Assembly: GCA_003144275.1 (NCBI GenBank)
Contig: NJBF01000007.1
Location: 64,668 to 96,667, forward strand
Length of the DNA stretch: 32,000 nucleotides
Direction: 5' to 3'
Source of the DNA: Candidatus Heimdallarchaeota archaeon B3_Heim
GTDB lineage: Archaea; Asgardarchaeota; Heimdallarchaeia; Hodarchaeales; Hodarchaeaceae
Position numbers and translations under genes: made by a program. Each line of letters opens with the position of its first letter. Position 1 is the stretch's first letter. The notes beneath the pieces are model-generated. The model was not told the DNA's origin. It ran no database searches and saw only the letters and a program-made list of their open reading frames with translations. Positions 17,489 through 25,089 of this stretch are shown here, one piece after another.

Positions 17489-17569
17489 TGAAATTACTTA
17501 CTTCCTATTGCATTATAATAGACTATAATTCCAATAGAGTATAACCTTAACGAATTGAAATATATATTT

Positions 17570-18292
17570 TTAACGTCTTCTTCTGAACTTGACGTCAGTT
17601 GATTCTTCAGGTTTCGTTTCAGGTGAATCACTTCCACGGGATTCAGCAAGTTCACGTAATTCTTTAAGCTCAGTTTTTCTCTGTTTAATGGATTTTTCTC
17701 GTCTTGAAATACTTGTACTATCGCTACCAAGTGCTTTCGTTCTTCTTCGAGAAGAAACAATAGCCCAAGATAATAGTCCTACAGCAACAATCGTTCCTCC
17801 TCCGCCAAAGATGAGAATATTACCAATATCAGCGAAAGGGTTACTAGCGGTAGTGGTGGTGGTAGTAGTTGTGGTAGTGGTGTCAGATTCACCACCAGAG
17901 GCATCATACCTTATTGATAACAATGTTACTTCAAAATAATAGTTTGTTCCTTGTTCTAACGCAGTAAATTTCTTTTTTTCATTCACGCTTAAACCAATTA
18001 TTCCTTCTTTGAATCCTAAAAAAAAGGCTGCTTCGGCTTCAGGATATAATGCAGCAACATCAGGTGGAACCACTGAATCTTGAGCAAGATATACATAATC
18101 AAAGCTGTTGTTTTCAACAATCTCAGTATAATCAGAGTACTCAAATCGTAAGTAATGAACATCAACTACGTCACCCCAGTCAGCAGTGACGGTTGCACTA
18201 GCTAATTCTGCAGTATTTATCCAAAAAGTTAGTAAGAGAACAAAAACGGCCGTTTTAGTTAGAGATCTTCGTTTAAATGATGAATAAAGCAT
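17570..18292 (-). CDS. Type I membrane protein with an external FKBP-like domain, Thr linker and basic cytoplasmic tail
   Basis: Signal peptide; GDVVDVHY, GFKEGIIGLSVNEKKKF and YFEVTLLSI (FKBP fold); Thr run; TM ILIFGGGGTIVAVGLLSWAIVS followed by RRR. Confidence 0.7.
   Translation of the reverse strand: MLYSSFKRRSLTKTAVFVLLLTFWINTAELASATVTADWGDVVDVHYLRFEYSDYTEIVENNSFDYVYLAQDSVVPPDVAALYPEAEAAFFLGFKEGIIGLSVNEKKKFTALEQGTNYYFEVTLLSIRYDASGGESDTTTTTTTTTTTASNPFADIGNILIFGGGGTIVAVGLLSWAIVSSRRRTKALGSDSTSISRREKSIKQRKTELKELRELAESRGSDSPETKPEESTDVKFRRRR
17849..17881 (-). repeat. Poly-Thr coding tract (11 ACN codons)
   Basis: Plus strand ggt agt ggt ggt ggt agt agt tgt ggt agt ggt corresponds to mixed ACC/ACT/ACA codons. 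Confidence 0.9.
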
Positions 18293-18521
18293 AAATATAG
18301 TAGTTTATAAAAAATCTATATCTTTTATGTTTGTACGCACAATTCTTCGTTCGCTGTTCTCAAGTGTCGAAGGATAAGTTAGCAGGGAAATCGATCATAA
18401 TACTTATCACAGAAGCTCTTTTAAGAATCGAATGCTGAAAATGAATAAATACTTCCAAATTAGATGGAACAGCTAAATCTTATTGAAGCTAGAAATAAAG
18501 ACCATAATAAGAGGTTTAATA

Positions 18522-19301
18522 ATGCACGATAAATCATCAGAATTAGTTATTCGAACAGATGCGGATCAAACCATTTGTGAATGCACCCGTGATATTTCCC
18601 CCGAATGGATTGTTGTTGGTTTTCCTGGTCACGGTTTGGTAGGTAATATTGCAGCTAAACACATCATTAGTGAACTGAATTTAGAGTGGATCGGTTCTAT
18701 ACGTTCTCCATTGATACCTCCAGTGTCTGTGTTCATTGATGGAGTACTGGCATATCCTTACCGAATATATGGTTGTAAAGACAAGGAAATTGGAATTCTC
18801 ATAGGCGAATCTCCCTGTCCTCCCCAGGCATATTACTATCTAGCACGAGCAATGATGCAATGGGCGAGAAGTAATGGTACCAAACAGGTTATTTGTTTAG
18901 ATGGATTTGTAGCTGATCCTCGTGAGAATAAATCAGACGAGGTTTATCTGGTTTGTGAACCTCAAGTCTATCAAGAGAATGAGGAGCTAAAAAACCATAA
19001 TTTCCCAAAACCACATACTGGTTTTATTTCTGGTTTATCAGGAGCAATTATGAATGAGGCTTTGCTGAGTCCTATTGAAGGGATTTCTCTTTTAACACCA
19101 ATCTCAACTCCTTATCCTGATCCTGGTGGAGCAGCCCGGCTTATTGAAGCATTAAGCAAGATTAAAGGGCTTAATATTGATGTTACAAAACTCTTAGGGG
19201 ATGCAGAAAAGATACAGAAATCTTTAATGGAACTCGCGGACAAGAATCGTCAAATTTCTCAACAAGAAACACTAGGCCCCAGTAAAGGCCTTTACGTTTA
19301 A
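18522..19301 (+). CDS. PAC2-family proteasome assembly chaperone
   Basis: VVGFPGHGLVGNIAAKHII, YPYRIY, ICLDGF, GFISGLSGAIM and YPDPGGAARLIEAL. ATG 18522 follows GAGGT and is preferred to TTG 18483. Confidence 0.9.
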   Translation: MHDKSSELVIRTDADQTICECTRDISPEWIVVGFPGHGLVGNIAAKHIISELNLEWIGSIRSPLIPPVSVFIDGVLAYPYRIYGCKDKEIGILIGESPCPPQAYYYLARAMMQWARSNGTKQVICLDGFVADPRENKSDEVYLVCEPQVYQENEELKNHNFPKPHTGFISGLSGAIMNEALLSPIEGISLLTPISTPYPDPGGAARLIEALSKIKGLNIDVTKLLGDAEKIQKSLMELADKNRQISQQETLGPSKGLYV

Positions 19302-19308
19302 TAGAAGG

Positions 19309-19824
19309 TTATTCCTCAGCCTTATGTGCCCAATTGGCAATTATTTCCCATTTGTCAAAATACGGGCATAAGGCCTTAACCAATTTAGATTTTAGATTCG
19401 TTTGTTTCTTTTTATCTAACTGCTGGAGTTCTGAATATGGAAGACTAAGAACCCAGTAATTTTCTTTGGATATAATTTTCTCTTTTTTCAATACTTCAAG
19501 AAATTGATCAGAGCCAATGATGAAATGATGCTTTTCTAAGGTTTCATCTTCAGTAGGTAGACGAAAACTCAATATTAAGAAGCTCTCATTGTTCATAAAA
19601 AAAGAAATTTCTAACTTCCACACAATTTTCTGTTTCTCTCTTCTCCCTGTACATACCTTAATATCCGCATACCTTACATGTTGATTTTTATCAGAGCGGA
19701 TAATCATATCTACTTTTCCTGTGCTAGCGTAAGGACTGAAAGATTCAACACCTAATTCAAATAGCTTGATCTGGGTATCTAACTCATCAAAACCTCCTGT
19801 TTCATAGTACACATTGTTTTCCAT
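19309..19824 (-). CDS. Hypothetical PD-(D/E)xK-fold protein
   Basis: ELD...LFELG...GKVDMIIRS...YADIKV resembles Hjc-like nuclease cores. The ORF-track extension to 20073 is low-complexity and probably not translated. Confidence 0.6.
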   Translation of the reverse strand: MENNVYYETGGFDELDTQIKLFELGVESFSPYASTGKVDMIIRSDKNQHVRYADIKVCTGRREKQKIVWKLEISFFMNNESFLILSFRLPTEDETLEKHHFIIGSDQFLEVLKKEKIISKENYWVLSLPYSELQQLDKKKQTNLKSKLVKALCPYFDKWEIIANWAHKAEE

Positions 19825-20069
19825 GAGAAAGAACGCCCCAAAGTAGTTTCTTCTAAGATTATACTTAATGATTTTATTTATATTCCAATTTGTATCAATG
19901 CCCCTTAATAGTACATTGACAAAAATAATCAAAAGAAGTAAAAATAAAAATCTTTTGAAATTATTTTCCTTTGAGGCTTTTTCGCTTCTCCAATTAATTG
20001 TAGGAGATATAACTTGGGCAAGAATCAGGATGAATAGATTATTTAGGGACAAATGTTGATTCGAAAGCC

Positions 20070-21038
20070 TCATCCAGGGTGCATTTTAATTCTTTGCTGA
20101 CACATTGGACACTGATTGAATACTTTTAACCATTCTAACAAGTGTGTTCGATGAAAGACATTTCTACATTCAGGACATGTCACTTTTTGTTCACGTGGGC
20201 CAACAGATCGCCGACATATTACACAATAATCTTGGGTTTCAGTAATACCCCCCCACGAATATGTATCTGAATTAACGTGAACTTGAACATCCCCCACGAC
20301 AATTATATTTTCTCCTGTATCATCTCGTTTCAGTGTTCCATGTAATTCCCCATTGTCAAGAGCATGTTTTATAACCCGTTGTACAATGGATGAGTCAACC
20401 ATTAATTCAGGAAGGTCTTTTTGAATACAATAGAATAAATATCCCAGTTCAACTTCATTTTGTGGACGACTTATTCGCTGATTAATACTCGAGAACAAAT
20501 GGTTTCTTGTTTTGGCTAATAATATAAGATTTTGGTGTTTTTTATCAATTTCAAGTAGGACATCCTCCGCAGAGTCGATTACAACTTGTAGGAGTTGTTG
20601 TACCTCAGAGGATTGAAAAGGATGTGCAGATAAATGCCTTTCACGTTTAGATTGCTCTAGGAAATCAGAGATCGTTTCATTATATCCCTGTACCTGACGT
20701 AACACTGTATCAACGTTCGCAAGTAACTGAAGGGGTTCAATCATATCTACTGAAACAAAAATTTGTTGAATATCTAACCTTCTGTCGTTGAGTTCCCCAA
20801 GATAACGTGACACTTCTGTGAAAAAAGGTTGGCGAAGAGATTGGTTAATTATATGGCCAAATATAACACTAAGAATTATTATTACTATTATTATCAATTG
20901 GTCATTGAACGTACTCATACCCGTATTAAAGAACATGAAAAGAAAAATAAGACCTGAAATTGTGGCTAAGAAAAGAATGATATTGCCTGTTGTCTTTTCT
21001 CGTGATAAACGGGATAGTTTACTCACACTAGTCGTCAT
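20070..21038 (-). CDS. Membrane-anchored RING-finger protein (putative E3 ubiquitin ligase)
   Basis: Two N-terminal TM helices; C-terminal CVIC-x12-CPEC-x4-H-x2-H-LLEWLK-x4-CPMC. ATG 21038 follows GGTGG. Confidence 0.8.
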   Translation of the reverse strand: MTTSVSKLSRLSREKTTGNIILFLATISGLIFLFMFFNTGMSTFNDQLIIIVIIILSVIFGHIINQSLRQPFFTEVSRYLGELNDRRLDIQQIFVSVDMIEPLQLLANVDTVLRQVQGYNETISDFLEQSKRERHLSAHPFQSSEVQQLLQVVIDSAEDVLLEIDKKHQNLILLAKTRNHLFSSINQRISRPQNEVELGYLFYCIQKDLPELMVDSSIVQRVIKHALDNGELHGTLKRDDTGENIIVVGDVQVHVNSDTYSWGGITETQDYCVICRRSVGPREQKVTCPECRNVFHRTHLLEWLKVFNQCPMCQQRIKMHPG

Positions 21039-21151
21039 GTAGCCACCGAATAGGTCTAAGGGAATGAGTCGAAGCTTCAAATAATAACTGCCATTGAATT
21101 AATAAAAAGTAGACTAGTTAATAATTCCGCAATAATTTTCATATTTTGAAA

Positions 21152-22126
21152 CTATTCACCCAGAAAAGACACACTGTGATCCGAAAGGACTAAAGAATAT
21201 GTTATGTCATGTTTTACAAATGAATTCGGGAGAACTACTGAATTTTGTACTTTTACTCCATCACTTATTGAACAAAAGTCTCCAATTACTGAATTTGTTA
21301 CTTTATTAGGCGTTGGGTTTTCTACCTCCTTTCCAATGAGATTACCATTGGAATCTTCTAATTCAACACTTTTTAAAAATTCGAGATTAGTGTTCCATAA
21401 ATCATAGGCATTACTGATGTGATAAACTTGTGATGCAATCTTTCCTCCAACTCTTTTGCCCAGATTAATTAGTTTCATGATTGCGGGAGCTAATTCGTAC
21501 TCATTTCGAATTGATTTGTCAGTTTCCTTTAATGCATCAAATATGGCAGGTGTAAAGATATAAAGAGCTGCTGAGCTTAAGTTACTCAATACTTCGGCCC
21601 TTGTCTGAGGTTTCTCACGAATATTCCACACACGTCCATTACTATAATCAACTGTGGAACTTTTACACATCTGTTCATAATTCATCTCCTCTAGTGATAG
21701 TGTGATAATATTACTTGCATTTAGATGAGTTTTTGATAACTTCTCTAAATAATCTGCTGAAAATAATGAATCACCAGCAAGCACAATGAAATTATCATAC
21801 TCTACATACTTCTCTATTTGAAGTACTGCATGTCCAGTTCCTAAGGGGTCTTTTTGTACAATAAAACAAAATTCTAGATCAGGATAGACCGTGTTAAGTA
21901 TTTTTTGAATTTGTTGTTCTTCTGGCTTAATAACAACTGAAATTTGGTTGATTCCAGCCAATAGTAACCTTTTAATGGAATGAATAATCATGGGAATGTT
22001 AACAATTGGAAGTAACGGCTTGCTAATCAACTGAGAAAAGGGATACATACGAGTCCCCCTTCCTGCAGCCAAAATATAAGCAGGAAGGTTACTTTTGCCC
22101 ATTCCTGCAAGAAAATTCATAATCAA
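21152..22126 (-). CDS. NDP-sugar synthase / sugar-phosphate nucleotidyltransferase with short left-handed beta-helix
   Basis: ILAAGRGTRMYP, KPLLPI, QKDPLGTGHAV, VLAGD, IREKP, RNEYEL and C-terminal hexapeptide repeats (SVIGDFCSISDGVKVQNSVV). Confidence 0.9.
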   Translation of the reverse strand: MIMNFLAGMGKSNLPAYILAAGRGTRMYPFSQLISKPLLPIVNIPMIIHSIKRLLLAGINQISVVIKPEEQQIQKILNTVYPDLEFCFIVQKDPLGTGHAVLQIEKYVEYDNFIVLAGDSLFSADYLEKLSKTHLNASNIITLSLEEMNYEQMCKSSTVDYSNGRVWNIREKPQTRAEVLSNLSSAALYIFTPAIFDALKETDKSIRNEYELAPAIMKLINLGKRVGGKIASQVYHISNAYDLWNTNLEFLKSVELEDSNGNLIGKEVENPTPNKVTNSVIGDFCSISDGVKVQNSVVLPNSFVKHDITYSLVLSDHSVSFLGE

Positions 22127-22215
22127 AAAGATTTAAGGGAATTGATTTAATATACTTACGTGTCTCCTTTTTCCAAAAATTCAATCATTCTCGATTGAAG
22201 GAGTCAAGAAAATTA

Positions 22216-22992
22216 ATGGTTCTTCTCAAAGCGGTCTATTTCATTACTGATGAAGGATTTAACATTTATAGTCAATCCTTTGAGTCAACGGATCGAGACC
22301 AAGATATGGTTAGCAGTCTAATATTAGCATTACAAACATTCGGGAAGGAAGTTATGTCTGAAAATGTTTTACAAACAGTGGGCTTTAGAGGTGCTCAAGA
22401 TGAAGATAACGAGGGGAAAGATATAGAAGGAACACGAATGATTCTTGAACAAGGGGATAGAGTAAACGCTATTTGCTTTGGAATTCTGGATAAGGATAAT
22501 ACGGAACGAGACGAATACAAGTTACGTGGACAACTGCGCGTAATTATAAAAGAAGTCGAAGGGCAATACGCAGAAGAATTAAAAGACCCCATCTTCAGAA
22601 AAAACGCTTTCACAGGATTAGAAACGCTCATCAATACCCGTTTCTTCCGTGACAAAATGTCTCGTATCTACAAGCAGCAATACGCTAGTTTAAATGAATA
22701 TTTAAAATATCCAAGATCCCTCCTATTCGAACTGACGCCAAGAGGAATAAAAACCTACAATTTCTACCGTGACTTTCCAGAAGTTCAACAAAAAATGAAA
22801 ATTATTGCTGTAGAAGAGTTAGATGGCCTTATTGATGATATAGAGGAACGGAGTAGTATGATATCCTTTCAAGATTGTATTGAACGCTTTGGAACTGATC
22901 GAAGCGGGGAAGTTTTTGAATTGCTGAAATTGCTGACAAGAAAGGGGGTATTTGACGCGTATAACTTTGAACGAGTGAGTATCACCGCGTAA
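22216..22992 (+). CDS. Longin-like N-terminal domain protein with C-terminal winged-helix-like region
   Basis: LKAVYFITDEGFNIYSQSF...DQDMVSSLILALQTFGKEV fits the first-longin-domain pattern (beta-beta-G-beta, then a helix ending ALxxF); C-terminal EVFELLKLLTRKGVF. Confidence 0.65.
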   Translation: MVLLKAVYFITDEGFNIYSQSFESTDRDQDMVSSLILALQTFGKEVMSENVLQTVGFRGAQDEDNEGKDIEGTRMILEQGDRVNAICFGILDKDNTERDEYKLRGQLRVIIKEVEGQYAEELKDPIFRKNAFTGLETLINTRFFRDKMSRIYKQQYASLNEYLKYPRSLLFELTPRGIKTYNFYRDFPEVQQKMKIIAVEELDGLIDDIEERSSMISFQDCIERFGTDRSGEVFELLKLLTRKGVFDAYNFERVSITA

Positions 22993-23005
22993 GTGATCAA
23001 GTATT

Positions 23006-23881
23006 TTATGATCCCCTCATATCCCTCGATGCCTTTAAGATAAGTGCAGTTGTTTTCTTGCTCTCCTTCTCCATTCCATCAATTACCGAAATCAACTTAG
23101 TATCGACAGCTAAATTAATTTCATTCTTTATAACTTCAGGTAATTGAGCAACGGACTGATTTAATCTCTCTACTACTTGAGAGAATCTTTGAATACTACC
23201 ATCTTGCACCACAAGTCGCTCGGTGACAGAGGTTTTAAGCTCATTGACGGAATTTTCTAGATTTATGTTAATATGATCACGTAGGGAGGCTAATTCAACT
23301 TGGATTATCGCACTCACCCTATCTCGAAGATCAGCCACTGTTGCCAGTTGATCAGTCTGATTTTCGATCAAAGAATTTAGATTACTTTCCATCGTTTTTA
23401 AGTCATCAGAGATTGAGACGAAACTATTAATGCTCACTTCATACTGATTACTTGTTTTTTCGGTGGAATTATGAACCATAGTGGTTAAACTCTCTGATAA
23501 TACCTTCATCCGTCCCACAACATCATCGACATATCCAGCTTTTATAGTATTAAGATCTTCTTCAATTTTCCTCTCTGTAGATTTGAAATTAGTCTCCAGT
23601 TCATTTAATGATGACTCCAGTGTGGCAAGAACAGGTGGTAGTTGAGCGATAGAGGCGAGAAGTTCTGGATTGAGTCCCTCATAGGACTCCTGCACATGTC
23701 GAATAATGGTTCGAGCAGATTCTTGGAATTTTTCATCAATCGCCAAGGCGACATCAGAAAAATTACGAATGGAGGTTTCAAGTTCTTGTCGGATTTGAGA
23801 AACATCCTGACTCTGTTGAAGCATTTGAAAGATCTTTATATTTACGTCATATATTAGTTTCAGGCTTTCTTCGATTCCCAA
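23006..23881 (-). CDS. All-helical coiled-coil protein (291 aa)
   Basis: Near-continuous heptad/amphipathic periodicity, no Trp or Cys, few Pro and Gly; TTG start with GAGTGA/GTGAG upstream. Confidence 0.8.
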   Translation of the reverse strand: MGIEESLKLIYDVNIKIFQMLQQSQDVSQIRQELETSIRNFSDVALAIDEKFQESARTIIRHVQESYEGLNPELLASIAQLPPVLATLESSLNELETNFKSTERKIEEDLNTIKAGYVDDVVGRMKVLSESLTTMVHNSTEKTSNQYEVSINSFVSISDDLKTMESNLNSLIENQTDQLATVADLRDRVSAIIQVELASLRDHININLENSVNELKTSVTERLVVQDGSIQRFSQVVERLNQSVAQLPEVIKNEINLAVDTKLISVIDGMEKESKKTTALILKASRDMRGS

Positions 23882-24038
23882 GTTCTCACTTCACTCTTCT
23901 ATCCCAATATTGTTTAGGAACAGATTGTGATTAATTTTACTAAAGGTGTATCTACAATAAGTTTTCTATTTATGATTGCACTAAGAAGAAATATAAATCC
24001 ATATTAGTGTGAGAAATAAGTATAAACCGTAGTAGATT

Positions 24039-25046
24039 TCATTTAAGTCGCCGTAGTAATACAATAAACCGATCATTCTGCAAAATAGCATCATTTAATC
24101 GATGAATTAACACAATGGTTTCTGAATACACGAATTGTCTGAAATCATTTCCTCTAGCAAGCTGAAATTCTTTTTGGATGTCTTTCACAACGGAAAAGGA
24201 TACATTTGGAATCCTAGATTCTAAATCACCTGGTCCTAGATTATATTGCTGGAGGACTGAAGTACTGATGCGTATTGTGTCCTGCAAAGTACGATTCCCA
24301 TTGAGATAGTCTGATGTATTTGATATATATTTTTTAATGATGTTTTGAATAATTAATTCTTCTGAAGCATCCAATTCTATCTTACTCTGTAATGGGAACA
24401 TCTTTTTTAAGTTCTGCAATAATCTCGCTGCAGGTGCTTCTCGTAGAAGCTTAAAAATCAAATCTTTAATTTTTATACATGGAAACTGTATGACTTCATG
24501 AGAATTAGGATGTGGAATCTCTTGTGTTAGAGCATATCTTTGAATTTCTTTACACCCATGGAGATAAAAAGTGGGGAATGCGAGATTGGATAAATTTGCA
24601 TAAGAATTCATTAGTGCTTCAACGGATTCAATTATACCCCATTTATCAATTAGACTTTCATACCTATTGAAACCTTTAATTATTTCTTTATTCTTTTCTA
24701 CTAGGGTGGAAGTATCATCAAATTGTTCGGTTTGATCGTTAGTATCAGATACTCCAATAATTTCAGTAAGTTTGAGATCTAATTTTTCTACAAGATCTAT
24801 AAAAACGGGTTTTGCTTCTTTTAACGTTAACAAATTTGGCAAAGCTGAATGAACTGTTCTTAGTTCCTTGTACAATCCATCAGGGATATTTTCTCGGTCA
24901 CTGATATACGAGCTGAGTGTAATAATCAAATTCAAACTGGTTAGATTTAAATTGATTAGGAAATCTAATTTGTTCTCTAGCACTTCAAGAGGTCTCTGAT
25001 TGGAAGAATGACCTTCTGGGGGATGTTGATCTTCATTAAAATTCAT
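24039..25046 (-). CDS. Hypothetical alpha-helical protein directly downstream of the tubulin-like gene
   Basis: 335-aa ORF starting 43 bp after the tubulin stop, with GAGGT SD; no recognised family. Confidence 0.8.
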   Translation of the reverse strand: MNFNEDQHPPEGHSSNQRPLEVLENKLDFLINLNLTSLNLIITLSSYISDRENIPDGLYKELRTVHSALPNLLTLKEAKPVFIDLVEKLDLKLTEIIGVSDTNDQTEQFDDTSTLVEKNKEIIKGFNRYESLIDKWGIIESVEALMNSYANLSNLAFPTFYLHGCKEIQRYALTQEIPHPNSHEVIQFPCIKIKDLIFKLLREAPAARLLQNLKKMFPLQSKIELDASEELIIQNIIKKYISNTSDYLNGNRTLQDTIRISTSVLQQYNLGPGDLESRIPNVSFSVVKDIQKEFQLARGNDFRQFVYSETIVLIHRLNDAILQNDRFIVLLRRLK

Positions 25047-25089
25047 AGTGATAATCTACCTCTTTACCTATCTATTCACATGATTTATA

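Noticed and set aside
17494-17760. 88-aa minus-strand ORF
   Set aside because: Overlaps the 3' end of the FKBP-like gene in another frame on the same strand; no motif.
19825-20073. N-terminal 83-aa extension of the 19309 ORF, and the ORF at 19868-20059
   Set aside because: Very AT-rich, Asn/Ile/Leu/Phe-biased intergenic-like sequence; protein-like composition begins at ATG 19824.
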